A stretch of DNA of 24,568 nucleotides from Candidatus Hydrogenedentota bacterium (GTDB lineage Bacteria; Hydrogenedentota; Hydrogenedentia; Hydrogenedentales; SLHB01). Both the position numbers and the translations under genes were made by a program. The stretch covers positions 1 to 24,568 of the forward strand of contig JAHDWY010000002.1 in NCBI GenBank assembly GCA_023384315.1, read 5' to 3'. Within the stretch, counting starts at the first letter, position 1. The number at the start of each line of letters is the position of its first letter. Below are positions 10,166 to 19,660 of this stretch, piece after piece. The notes under the pieces are model-generated. The model searched no databases. It was given only the letters and a program-made list of their open reading frames with translations, and was not told the DNA's origin.

Positions 10166-12031
10166 TCAGGTATTCCGCGAAGGTTCCGAGGGCTCCATAC
10201 CCAGGAGGGCGCGAATCTCAGCATCGAGAATTTGCCGAATGGCGGATGTGACGGGTAGGGCGGGAATTGTTGTCGTCCCTCCAACCTCGGGCAGCGTCAT
10301 GGGCTTGTACGCGCGATTCTGCCAGGAGTACCAGCGAAGCGACTCGCTTTCCAGGGGACGGTTGAAATCGAAGCGGACGTGGACCGGGCGTCCGTCGTAG
10401 TTGACGCCAAGCACCGTCACGCGCATGCCGTCCGTTTCCACGACCTGACCGGCCTCCATGGCGGACACGGGCAGCCGGCAGAAGAAGAACGACCAAGGGT
10501 ACTCCATCCAACCTTCAGGGATCGAAAGTTCCAATACGCTTTCGCTTGGCCGATGGGCGACGATCTCCCGGTTGCCGCTGTAGAGGACCCACATGGATTT
10601 TGGAACGGGCTGCCCCTTGGCGGAACGGAGCAGGGGCAACATGGCGTACATGATGTCGCCCGTCGCGTTAACGATGATGAGCCGGTCGTCCTTCAATCCG
10701 TCGTCGCGCGGCAGGCTCTCGTTGCCAACGTCAACGATCTTCCCTACATAGTGCATAGAGTACGCATTCGCCGGAAGCATGATGGGCGACACGATCAGAT
10801 GAAGGAGAATCAGGAACCCGGCCGCGAATCGCAACGTCAGCGGCTTGCGCGATCCGTCCGTGAACCACGTCGTTCGATCCGAAACACCGCCCAGGAAAGC
10901 GCCAAGCAGCCCCATCCCGCCGATGCCGACGAGCATGAGCAAGCGATACTGGGGAACGGACGAGCAGTAGGGAATCGCGCACAACGCCATGCCTGCCGCG
11001 TAGAACCGGGCCGCACGATTCGCGCGGAGGAGCGGCCAGAACAGCCACGTCAGCAGAACGACAATTCCCGCGGCGAAGGCGATGTAGAGGCCAGTCCACA
11101 AAGGCGGCAGCAGCGTGTGGTAGATGGGGTCCGGAAACATGAACTGGGAATAGAGCAGCACCGGAAAAAACTTGATGACGGCGAAAACAAAGCCAACGGG
11201 ATCGGCAACGGGATCGGTGTAGAAGCTCGATGCGGTAACGCCGTACCCGAACCACGAATAGAGGATTCGCCAGATCACAACGATGACGGCATAAGGCACG
11301 AGGGACAGCAGACGCGCGCGCCACGGCGCGGGGTCCATGAAGCACGCATACGCAAACAGATAACCGGTCACGGCCACGGTGCCCTCGCCGGAGAAGAGTC
11401 CAAGTGCGAGCATGATCCCTGCCAGGGCACCGCGGCTCGAGTTACCGGTCTGACGCCAGCGGTCGTGTGCCAGCAGAACAAACACGGCAAACATGGCGGA
11501 GAGGATGGCGTTGCGGTTGGAAAGCCAACTCACGGAAAGACCGTGCGCGGAATCCACGGCGAAGAGCAGGCCCGCCAAACCGGCGACCCATGCAGGAGAT
11601 ATGTGGCGTTGGTAGAGGCGCGTCGTGGCGAAGGCGAGGACACCGTAGAGCAGCATGCTGTGGAGATGCATGATCCAGGTGTGGCTTCCCCAGAGGATGA
11701 AATCGAGATAATGGCTGAGGGATGAAATCGGCCGCCAGAAGGAGATTTTCCATTCGGGGTCGGCCCACCAGGGAACGATGCCGCGAGCGAGATACTTCTC
11801 GTACTCTTCCGGAGTACCCTTGCCAAAGGAAAAGGTGTCGAGCGTGGCGTTGTCGACCTCCGGCAGCCCGGGCGACCCCATGAACACGGCGCTCCAGTAA
11901 TAGTCGTCCGTGACGCGGCCCACGAGCAACGACGACGCGGTCAATACGCAGGCGATGATGGCGATCATCCACGCGGCGCGCGTTCCATGAACGCGCGTAA
12001 ACCGTGCTCTTAGAATGGATAGCCCAGTCAT
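10166..12031 (-). CDS. Polytopic membrane protein, probable GT-C fold glycosyltransferase (ArnT/PMT/TMTC-like)
   Basis: About 621 aa from ATG 12031, many hydrophobic segments. Acidic DDY motif after the first TM helix, a WRPISS motif, and LLFAVDSAHGLSVSWLSNRN resembling the LLFAVHP...W...R segment of TMTC/PMT-like GT-C enzymes. Soluble C-terminal domain. Confidence 0.65.
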   Translation of the reverse strand: MTGLSILRARFTRVHGTRAAWMIAIIACVLTASSLLVGRVTDDYYWSAVFMGSPGLPEVDNATLDTFSFGKGTPEEYEKYLARGIVPWWADPEWKISFWRPISSLSHYLDFILWGSHTWIMHLHSMLLYGVLAFATTRLYQRHISPAWVAGLAGLLFAVDSAHGLSVSWLSNRNAILSAMFAVFVLLAHDRWRQTGNSSRGALAGIMLALGLFSGEGTVAVTGYLFAYACFMDPAPWRARLLSLVPYAVIVVIWRILYSWFGYGVTASSFYTDPVADPVGFVFAVIKFFPVLLYSQFMFPDPIYHTLLPPLWTGLYIAFAAGIVVLLTWLFWPLLRANRAARFYAAGMALCAIPYCSSVPQYRLLMLVGIGGMGLLGAFLGGVSDRTTWFTDGSRKPLTLRFAAGFLILLHLIVSPIMLPANAYSMHYVGKIVDVGNESLPRDDGLKDDRLIIVNATGDIMYAMLPLLRSAKGQPVPKSMWVLYSGNREIVAHRPSESVLELSIPEGWMEYPWSFFFCRLPVSAMEAGQVVETDGMRVTVLGVNYDGRPVHVRFDFNRPLESESLRWYSWQNRAYKPMTLPEVGGTTTIPALPVTSAIRQILDAEIRALLGMEPSEPSRNT

Positions 12032-12217
12032 CGGATCCCGTCGTTGGTGGATGGTAATGATGCAGCACACCCAACCGCATGCGTGACGAAGACTGATCGA
12101 ATCCCCGGCGGAGGGTGCGGACACGTCGCGACATGATACCGGATTCGCGCCGGAAGAGTACAGATAACCGTTACTGTCGCGAGAACAAAATCCCCGTCCC
12201 AGTCGGACGCCGGATAA

Positions 12218-12312
12218 ATCGCTATCGGTATCGCTATCGGGTTCGGGTTCGAAAAAGGTACGTAGGGTGTCTCAGATTTCGATACCGATTCCGATCCCGA
12301 TAGCGATACCGA
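12218..12312. repeat. Inverted repeat built from degenerate ATCGNN hexamers
   Basis: Left arm atcgct atcggt atcgct atcggg ttcggg ttcg; right arm cgatac cgattc cgatcc cgatag cgatac cga. 12225-12241 is the perfect reverse complement of 12296-12312 (17 bp). Confidence 0.9.
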
Positions 12313-12315
12313 ATT

Positions 12316-12345
12316 CAAGCGGGGCGCCCGGAGGCGCCCCGCTTG
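12316..12345 (-). terminator. Strong hairpin just downstream of the HEAT gene
   Basis: 13-bp perfect stem caagcggggcgcc/ggcgccccgcttg. The minus-strand loop UCCG is closed by C-G (UNCG class). It lies 7 nt past the stop codon, with no long U-tract. Confidence 0.7.
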
Positions 12346-12352
12346 GAGAAAG

Positions 12353-14332
12353 CTATCCTTGAATCTTGCTTTTGATTTGTTCCGTGGCCTGCGCGGCTTC
12401 TGCCTTCACTTCCTCGTCCGCGAGGTAAGGCTCAACCAATGCGAGGGCGCGTTCGTCACCGATCTCGGCGAGACCCGCGAGCACCAGCCGTTTGTCGTCG
12501 GCGCTGGCCGCGAGTTTGGAGGCCTCCTCGTACAGCGCAAGGGTCTCCTCAACGGGCCGGTCGCCGCCCTGACGCAATAGACGCAGGAATCCGCGGAATG
12601 CGAGGGTCTTGTGCGTGTTGTTGTCGGAGTTCGACGCGATCTGGCGCAGATCGTCGAGTGCATCCGCCGTGGGCCAGTCGGCCAGAGCCTTGACCGCCGC
12701 GTCTTTGACGGGATCGGCTTTTGCAGACGCTACCAGGTCACGCAACTGCGGCAACGAACTCGGGTCGGCGATGCGTCCTACTACCCGGACCAGCGATGCA
12801 CGAACTTCGGGCTTACCCTTGATCGTGGAGAATGCCTGCGCGATCTGTTGCGCGCCTTTCTGCGGCGGATCGATCCGTTGCACCGTCGATACGACGGCGT
12901 TTTCCGCGGCCGTCTGCGACGGATCGCCATTGACCTTAACGAGAAGATCGACCAAGGCCGCGAGGTCGCTTCCGTTCGCCAGTGCGCCCAAGGCGTCGAA
13001 GGACGCGTTGCGAACCGATTCGTCCTGGTCCGACGCTGTTTGAAGGAGTGTCGGGATTGCAGACTCGGCTCCGCGCGTCGCCAGGGCCTGAATCAAAACG
13101 GTCTTTGCGGGACTATCCGCGCTCTGCATGGCAGTGACGATCACGCCGTCCACGTCGTCGCCGCGGAGGGCGCCGAGCGTGGCGCGGGATACGCGCGCGA
13201 CTTCCGCGTCATCCGACATAGACAAGGCGGCCAACTGCGAAACGGAGGACGCGTTGCCGACGGTGGCCAAGGCTTCGAGCGCCGCAATCTTCACGTCCGG
13301 ATCGCTGCTGTCCAGCGCAGCCGTGACGGCCGGTAGCGCTTCCCCATCTTCGCGCGCGCGCAGGGCGTACAGCGCGACAAGTTGACCGTGGGGGTCGAGC
13401 TTGGGAAGTGCCGACGCCAACTCCGCGGTGACCTTTCCACCTTCGAGGTTGCGCAACGCACCTGCGGCAATGGCTTGAAGACCCGCGTCGCTCCCTTTCA
13501 ACAGTTCAATTAACATCGGCAGAGAATCGGCGCCTTCAACGGCGACCAGGCCTTCGATGGCGGCGATATGGGCCTCACGCGATTCGGCGTCGCTATTCAG
13601 CTCCGCGTAGATCGCCTTCGCCTTCCCCTTCTGCCCGTTCTGCACGTAGTTCGACGCGCACATGAGGTAGCCATTCGTGATGGCCGGCTTGAGTTCTTCC
13701 GATGCGCTGCCACGCGCCTTTGCCAGGGCGTCAGCGGCCTTCTCGCCCCCAATCCGGCCGAGCGCCGTCGCGGAGGCCTTCGCAACTGCCGGGTCTGGAT
13801 CGTTCAGAAGGGTAGCGAGATCGGCAACGGCTTCTTCCTGCCCACGCATGCCGATGGAATTGATGATGCCGACCTGTACGCGGTCGTCGGCGTTTCCAAG
13901 GGCGGTCAACAGCGCGTCATCGGCGGCTTCACCCTCGATGCTTTCGAGGGCGTAGCGGGCCATGTCCGAGTGCTTCTCGTCGGTCAACATTTTCGCCAGC
14001 GCGGGTACGCTCGCGTCCGTGCCGATGACGTAGAGCTGACGGCACACGAAATCCTTGCAGTCGTACGTGGCGTCCGACCCGAGGATCTCGATGAGCCCCT
14101 GCTCGATCTGCTGGCGCATGGCGGCGTCGCCGTAGGACTTCGTGCAGTAGTCCTGCACGACGCTGAGCATCTCGCGGTTCTGGCCGAACTCGTAGGTGCG
14201 AATTTGCTGAAGCGCATCCGGCAGCGACGGCGTATCCTGCGCGAGGGCCGGCATACCCGCAACGACCGCCACTAACGCCGCAACCATGGCCCATCCGGCG
14301 CGGCTGTTTTTTTGATTGATTACGCGAATCAT
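12353..14332 (-). CDS. Secreted HEAT-repeat (PBS lyase-like) protein
   Basis: 659 aa from ATG 14332 with a purine-rich RBS (GGAAGGAAGGGA). Sec-type signal (…VAGMPALA|QD). Repeated motifs such as VAKASATALGRIG and VKIAALEALATVG. Confidence 0.88.
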   Translation of the reverse strand: MIRVINQKNSRAGWAMVAALVAVVAGMPALAQDTPSLPDALQQIRTYEFGQNREMLSVVQDYCTKSYGDAAMRQQIEQGLIEILGSDATYDCKDFVCRQLYVIGTDASVPALAKMLTDEKHSDMARYALESIEGEAADDALLTALGNADDRVQVGIINSIGMRGQEEAVADLATLLNDPDPAVAKASATALGRIGGEKAADALAKARGSASEELKPAITNGYLMCASNYVQNGQKGKAKAIYAELNSDAESREAHIAAIEGLVAVEGADSLPMLIELLKGSDAGLQAIAAGALRNLEGGKVTAELASALPKLDPHGQLVALYALRAREDGEALPAVTAALDSSDPDVKIAALEALATVGNASSVSQLAALSMSDDAEVARVSRATLGALRGDDVDGVIVTAMQSADSPAKTVLIQALATRGAESAIPTLLQTASDQDESVRNASFDALGALANGSDLAALVDLLVKVNGDPSQTAAENAVVSTVQRIDPPQKGAQQIAQAFSTIKGKPEVRASLVRVVGRIADPSSLPQLRDLVASAKADPVKDAAVKALADWPTADALDDLRQIASNSDNNTHKTLAFRGFLRLLRQGGDRPVEETLALYEEASKLAASADDKRLVLAGLAEIGDERALALVEPYLADEEVKAEAAQATEQIKSKIQG

Positions 14333-14358
14333 GGTTCTATTCCCTTCCTTCCAGACGC

Positions 14359-15705
14359 TCAGACGCGCCACGGCGCCCGCAACGAGGGCATCAGCATGTT
14401 GTTGGCTTCGGCGTCGTTGATGAATTGTTCCTTGTCCGGGTCCCATTCGAGTTTGCGCCCCAGCAGCATGGCTATATTCGCGATGTGGCACATGGTCGCC
14501 GTTCGGTGGCCGACCTCGGGCGGCGCCATACACTCCCCGCGGACCTTCACGTTGTTCAGGAAATCGCGGTGGTGTCCAGGGCTTCGTCCGAGATGCTCCT
14601 CGTTGGGTCCGATGATCTCCTTGAGCAGCGACGCGGGTTCGGCCTCGAGGTTGCCGCCGTGGATGTGGATGAACACCCAGCCGTCGGTGCCCTCAAACTT
14701 GATCCCCCGGGTGCCGCCGCATTTGCAGATCATCTTCACGCCATTCGGATACTCGAAGGTGAACTCGTAGTCCATGGCGGTGTTGAACATGCCGTCGCGC
14801 GGAAAGTCGCCCCAGCCTTCGATCGACTTGGGACCGCTCCGGTCGCTCGCGTTGCCGAGCTGGCCGAGATCGATGATGTGGGCGCCGCGGTCGGTCACTT
14901 CGCCGCCGGAGTAGTCGAGAATGTACCGGAACCAGAAGTGGCAGCGTTTCTCCGTGTAGGTTGCCCAGGGGCGCGGGCCGAGCCACATGTTGTAATCAAA
15001 TCCTTCCGGGATCGGCATGGGCGGCTGATTCTCGAGCGGCCCGTGGTTGTCGATGGGAAGGTTTACATGCATGGTGTGCAACTTGCCGATGCGCCCGTTG
15101 CGCACCAGTTCGCAGGCGTAGCGCGCGTTGCTGCGGCTGCGCTCGTGACTGCCGGTCTGGAAGACGCGTCCGTAGCGCTTCACCGCGTCAACCACAGCGC
15201 GGCCTTCGCCCACCGAGTTCGCAAGCGGCTTTTCGCAGTACATGTCCCTCCCGGCCTCCGCGGCGGCCACCGCAATCACGGCATGCCAGAAGTCCGGCGT
15301 GCAGATGCACACGGCGTCGATGTCTTCGCGCGCGAGAACTTCACGAAAGTCATTGTACGAATTACACCCGTTGTATTGCCCGCTCTGCGTCTGCGTCGCG
15401 TAGGTCTCATCGACGAGTTGCTGCGCGGCATCGCGATGATCGCAGTCCACGTCGCACACCGCGAGAACCTGCGCATCCGCCTGCCCCAGGAAGGCGCGCA
15501 GGTTGGCGGTGCCCTGGCCACCTACGCCAATGGAGGCCACCGTGATGCGATTGCTCGGCGCCACGGTCCCGTCCAGCCCCAGCGCGGACGCGGGCACGAT
15601 GTAGGGGAAACCGACCGCGCCCGCCGCAGCCAAAGCTCCCCGCTTCATGAACTGGCGCCGGCTCAACCCGGTTTTCGCGACGCCGGTCTTCTTGCTCCTC
15701 TTCAT
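14359..15705 (-). CDS. Gfo/Idh/MocA family NAD(P)-dependent oxidoreductase with Tat signal
   Basis: LSRRQFMK twin-arginine motif, IGVGGQG Rossmann motif, TPDFWH, YCEKP, FQTGSHERS, WLGPRP; RBS AAAGGAGA. Confidence 0.92.
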   Translation of the reverse strand: MKRSKKTGVAKTGLSRRQFMKRGALAAAGAVGFPYIVPASALGLDGTVAPSNRITVASIGVGGQGTANLRAFLGQADAQVLAVCDVDCDHRDAAQQLVDETYATQTQSGQYNGCNSYNDFREVLAREDIDAVCICTPDFWHAVIAVAAAEAGRDMYCEKPLANSVGEGRAVVDAVKRYGRVFQTGSHERSRSNARYACELVRNGRIGKLHTMHVNLPIDNHGPLENQPPMPIPEGFDYNMWLGPRPWATYTEKRCHFWFRYILDYSGGEVTDRGAHIIDLGQLGNASDRSGPKSIEGWGDFPRDGMFNTAMDYEFTFEYPNGVKMICKCGGTRGIKFEGTDGWVFIHIHGGNLEAEPASLLKEIIGPNEEHLGRSPGHHRDFLNNVKVRGECMAPPEVGHRTATMCHIANIAMLLGRKLEWDPDKEQFINDAEANNMLMPSLRAPWRV

Positions 15706-15784
15706 GATTGTCTCCTTTGAACGCTCACTCGATCTGCTCCCTCGGGGAGTTCAAAATTCGAAATATGTCGGGAAGGTACCACTC

Positions 15785-16159
15785 TCATTCAGGCGGAATG
15801 ACAGCGCCGGTATCGGCATCTACTTTGACCGCATGGTCGAGGTAGAATTTGGCCGACATCGCAGGATAAGACTCCTTAACAACGTGATAGTATCCGTTCC
15901 GAAGCGAAACAATAATTCGCGTTTCAGAGTCCTCACCTCTTGGAAGATCGCTGTCCTTGTTGCGTAAGTCATACGTCGTGTCCAGGTATGGACTCGCCAA
16001 ATCAACCGCTTCAGATGGCTGCACGTGCACTCCGTCTAAAACTTTGTAGCCACTTATTGAATTTCCCACATCCGTGGTTTTGCATCCATAAAAGATGAAC
16101 ATTAGGGAGAGCAAGCCGAGAACCGTTACAATTCCCTTTGGCCGGTTCAGAACCAACAT
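15785..16159 (-). CDS. Small low-GC putative lipoprotein with PepSY-like motifs
   Basis: Hydrophobic N-region ending IFYGC (lipobox-like), VQPSEAVDLA, and C-terminal VKVDADTGAVI. Start is ATG 16159 (GAGGA 9 nt upstream) or 16168. Hand-counted lines give about 43-47% GC versus about 70% in a neighbouring gene. Confidence 0.6.
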   Translation of the reverse strand: MLVLNRPKGIVTVLGLLSLMFIFYGCKTTDVGNSISGYKVLDGVHVQPSEAVDLASPYLDTTYDLRNKDSDLPRGEDSETRIIVSLRNGYYHVVKESYPAMSAKFYLDHAVKVDADTGAVIPPE

Positions 16160-16220
16160 CTTGCGCATTCCTCTCGTATCGCCGTTATCCTTTAAGGCTT
16201 CCTGAAATCTAATTTCTCCC

Positions 16221-17558
16221 TCAAACACTCCACGGCGCGCGCATGGAACGCGAAAGCACTCTGTTTGCTTCCTCGTCGCCCTCGAACCGTTCTAGTTCGG
16301 GGTACCATTTCAGGCCGCGCCCCAGCAATAACGCGATGGTTCCCACGTGGCACACGGACGCCGACCGATGCCCGATCTCGATGGATGCCGCGGTCTGGCC
16401 ACGGGTCTTGATGCAGTGCAGGAAGTTCCCGTGGTGGTTGTCGCTGGCGTAAAGACGTATCTCGTTCGGGCCCACCGCCGCTTCGGCAACCTTCTCAGGA
16501 TACGCTTTGATGGCGTCGCTTTCCACATACAGCCACCCCTCGCTTCCTTCAAAGCGCATGCCCCATTGGGACGTGTCTTCGGTGGCGGTGGAAATCATCT
16601 TGACGCCGTTGGCGTAGGTGAACTCGATGCGATGGTCGATGGGCGCGTCGTAGATGCCTTCTTCCGGGAACACGCCGGTCGCTTCGATGGCGACCGGGCC
16701 GGAATGGTCGGTGCCGTTGCCCCATTGGCCGATGTCGTAGTAATGGGCGCCCCAGTCGGAGATGTAGCCCTCCGAGTAGTCCATGATCCATCGGAAATTG
16801 AAATGGCACCGGCCCGGCGTGTACGGCGCCCAGGGAGCGGGACCAAGCCACAGGTCGTAGTCGAACCCCTCGGGGACCGGCTGCGGCGGCGTGTTCGGAC
16901 CATACTCGCCGCCGCGAATGGCGAAGCCTTTGGGCACGCCGATGTGGATTGTCTGGAGTTCGCCGATGTAGCCGTTGCGGACCAGCTCGCAGGCGCGGCG
17001 GCAACCCTCGCGGGAGCGACGCCAAGTACCCGTCTGCAGCACGCGGCCGTATTGCTTCACCGTATCCACCATGGCGCGGCCATCCGCGACAGTCAGCGAG
17101 ACCGGCTTCTCGCAGTAGATGTCTTTGCCGGCGCGCGCGGCGGCGACGGTAATCACCGAATGCCAGTGATCCGGCGTTCCTATTGAAACCGCATCGATGT
17201 CGTCACGTTCGATGATCTCGCGGAAGTCCGTATACGTGGCGCAGCCGGTGTCGCCGTAGTGTTCGTCCACGATCTTCTTGGCGGCGGCGCAGCGTCCCGC
17301 GTCGACGTCGCACACGGCGACCACCTGCGCGCCCGCTTGCGCGAGGAACGCGCGCATGTTGCTCGATCCCTGACCGCCGACGCCAATGCAACCGATGGTA
17401 ACCCGATTGCTCGGGGCCGTTTTGTCGTCCGCGCCCAACGCGGACGCAGGAATGACGGTGGGAATTCCCGCCATCGCGGCTGCGGTCGCGGAGGTTCTCA
17501 AAAAACTTCGGCGGGATACGGTGGTTTGCGATAGAGATGTTGCTGCGCACTTCTTCAT
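16221..17558 (-). CDS. Gfo/Idh/MocA family oxidoreductase with Tat signal (paralog of 14359-15705)
   Basis: Start MKKCAA at 17558. VSRRSFLR, IGVGGQG, GTPDHWH, YCEKP, LQTGTWRRS, WLGPAP, DWGAH; C-terminal RAPW shared with the paralog. Confidence 0.92.
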   Translation of the reverse strand: MKKCAATSLSQTTVSRRSFLRTSATAAAMAGIPTVIPASALGADDKTAPSNRVTIGCIGVGGQGSSNMRAFLAQAGAQVVAVCDVDAGRCAAAKKIVDEHYGDTGCATYTDFREIIERDDIDAVSIGTPDHWHSVITVAAARAGKDIYCEKPVSLTVADGRAMVDTVKQYGRVLQTGTWRRSREGCRRACELVRNGYIGELQTIHIGVPKGFAIRGGEYGPNTPPQPVPEGFDYDLWLGPAPWAPYTPGRCHFNFRWIMDYSEGYISDWGAHYYDIGQWGNGTDHSGPVAIEATGVFPEEGIYDAPIDHRIEFTYANGVKMISTATEDTSQWGMRFEGSEGWLYVESDAIKAYPEKVAEAAVGPNEIRLYASDNHHGNFLHCIKTRGQTAASIEIGHRSASVCHVGTIALLLGRGLKWYPELERFEGDEEANRVLSRSMRAPWSV

Positions 17559-17563
17559 CGACT

Positions 17564-17986
17564 TCAAATTCCTGCTCCACAGTTCGGGCAACGGTGCACG
17601 CTGCTGTCGACTCGCGTGCCGCAATAGGTGCACTCGCCATATTGAGATTCCGGCGAATGCATCGCGATATTGTCGGGCTCCGGACGATAAAGTTCCACCG
17701 GTTCCGGTTCGTCATGAACGACGGTGTCGGGCGTCCCCCCCTTTGCAAACGCGACGACGACTGACACAAAACCACTGATGGCTACGATGGCGAACCCGAC
17801 GCCAAACAGTGTGAAGATGAATGGCGCGCCCATCGCGCGCGCCGAGGTCGTCCAGAAGAACGCAAAGCCGATGACCATCAGCATGATTACCATGCCGGGG
17901 ATCAGCGCGAGGCGGCCGCCTGGCGGGTTGCCGCGCGAAGCGCCGTAGTGCATGCGTACCCGCTGTCTTCGATGCCGTCGTCCCAT
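17564..17986 (-). CDS. Small two-TM membrane protein with C-terminal zinc ribbon
   Basis: Two hydrophobic segments followed by CTYCG-x8-CPNCG. It fits tightly between prpD (2 nt gap) and the oxidoreductase (5 nt gap). Confidence 0.75.
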   Translation of the reverse strand: MGRRHRRQRVRMHYGASRGNPPGGRLALIPGMVIMLMVIGFAFFWTTSARAMGAPFIFTLFGVGFAIVAISGFVSVVVAFAKGGTPDTVVHDEPEPVELYRPEPDNIAMHSPESQYGECTYCGTRVDSSVHRCPNCGAGI

Positions 17987-17988
17987 GC

Positions 17989-19509
17989 TTAGAAAATCCC
18001 CCGTCGGTCCCGTTCGGCACAGCTCAGTTCCCCGGCGTCCGCCTTGACGTTCAATTCGCGGAAAGACGCCGCATCGAGTTCCGGAAGCGATTGCACGCGA
18101 TCGAGAAACCGTTCCCGCTCCTTGTCGGACACGATACCGTCGGTGAGTGTGGTGAACTTGTGGATGTAGTCCTTCCGTTCAAACGGCCGCGCCCCAAGCG
18201 AATGTGCGTTGGCGACGGCGAGTTCGTCGACCAGGGTGTCGCCGTTCTTGAATTGAATCTCCACGCGGCCGCCGAAGGCCTTCTCCTTTGGATCGCTGCT
18301 GTGATACCTGCGCGTCCATTCGGGATCTTCGCAGGTGCCGATCTTCTGCCACAGGGCGACCGTGTCGGGACGCGACGCGCGTTCCGGCGTATAGCTGTCG
18401 ACGTGATGCCAGCGGCCGTCCTGCAACGCCACGGCGAAGATGTACATGATGCTGTGATCAAGCGTCTCCCGGCTCGCCTTCGGGTCCATCTTCTGCGGGT
18501 CGTTGGCGCCGGCGCCGATGACGTAGTGGGTGTGATGGCTCGTGTGAATCGTGATGAACTCGATGTTGTCGAGGTTTTCAATGCGCTCACGCATGCGGAA
18601 CGCGAGGTCGATGAGCGCCTGGGACTGGTATTCCGCGGAGTGCTCTTTCGTATACGAATCGAGAATCGCGTGCAACGACTCGCCGGGGTCGGGCAGGGGC
18701 ACTTCATAACGGCTGTTGGGCCCGTCAAGCATATACGCGAGCACGCTGTCTTCGCCTTCGTAAATGGGCGACGGACTCTTCTCACCCCGCATCGCCCGAT
18801 CGACGGCTTCCACGGCAAGCTTCCCCGCGTGTGCGGGGGCGTAGGCCTTCCAACTGGAGATTTCGCCCTTGCGCGACTGGCGCGTGGAGAAGGCGACATG
18901 CACGGCCTGTTGAATCGCCTGATAGACCGTATCGGTATCGAGACCCAACAATGACCCAATGCCCGCGGCCTGCGCAGGGCAGAGATGGGCGATGTGATCC
19001 TTCTTGTGCGCGTGCAGGCAAATGCCTTTGACGAGATTGATCTGAATTTCGTACCCAACGAGGATCGCGCGGATCAGATCTTCCCCCGTCAGGTTGTGGC
19101 GGCTGCCGCATTGCTGCGCGACCGCGAGAATGGGCGGAATGTTGTCGCCGGGATGAGAGTAATCCGCCGCGAGAAAGGTGTCGTGCATGTCCAGTTCGCG
19201 GACCGCGGTGCCATTTACCCAAGCCGCCCATTCGGCGTCGCAACCAAATGATTTGGAAATACCGAAGACCTGCGCGCCGCCTTCACGCGGATGAGCAAGC
19301 GCCTGACTGCGGGCGTTCGCCACCGGTTGGCGGTTGATCGCTGCCAATGCCACCGCGGCGTTGTCGATGATGCGGTTGATGACCATCTCCGACGCGGCGG
19401 CGTCCAGCGGCGCGCGATCCGTCGCGATAGCCGCCAGCTTCCATGCGAGTTGATCGTTCTTGGGCAACGCTTCTTTCGAGCGATAGACCCGTACCGAGTG
19501 GTTCTTCAT
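17989..19509 (-). CDS. prpD: MmgE/PrpD family protein, probable 2-methylcitrate dehydratase
   Basis: [51 protein letters not shown]. Start MKNHSV at 19509 with GGAGG upstream. Confidence 0.88.
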   Translation of the reverse strand: MKNHSVRVYRSKEALPKNDQLAWKLAAIATDRAPLDAAASEMVINRIIDNAAVALAAINRQPVANARSQALAHPREGGAQVFGISKSFGCDAEWAAWVNGTAVRELDMHDTFLAADYSHPGDNIPPILAVAQQCGSRHNLTGEDLIRAILVGYEIQINLVKGICLHAHKKDHIAHLCPAQAAGIGSLLGLDTDTVYQAIQQAVHVAFSTRQSRKGEISSWKAYAPAHAGKLAVEAVDRAMRGEKSPSPIYEGEDSVLAYMLDGPNSRYEVPLPDPGESLHAILDSYTKEHSAEYQSQALIDLAFRMRERIENLDNIEFITIHTSHHTHYVIGAGANDPQKMDPKASRETLDHSIMYIFAVALQDGRWHHVDSYTPERASRPDTVALWQKIGTCEDPEWTRRYHSSDPKEKAFGGRVEIQFKNGDTLVDELAVANAHSLGARPFERKDYIHKFTTLTDGIVSDKERERFLDRVQSLPELDAASFRELNVKADAGELSCAERDRRGIF

Positions 19510-19660
19510 CCGCCTCCGTGCAATACGCGGTTCGCAGCGATTGGGCACCGTGAGACGCGTAGTATTGCACTTGAAGAAAGGTAATTCCAGAGCGGAAACG
19601 CATTCGTCCCCTCAGAGACGAACTTTCGCGCTTGCCGGGCTGGTGCCCGGTGCACCCGGG

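Noticed and set aside
15716-15755. tttgaac/gttcaaa pairing near the oxidoreductase RBS
   Set aside because: Only 7 bp and AT-rich; too weak to call regulatory.
19635-19660. Overlapping small hairpins after yaiI (ccgggc/gcccgg; cccgg/ccggg)
   Set aside because: Short GC-rich stems without a U-tract are expected by chance at this GC content.
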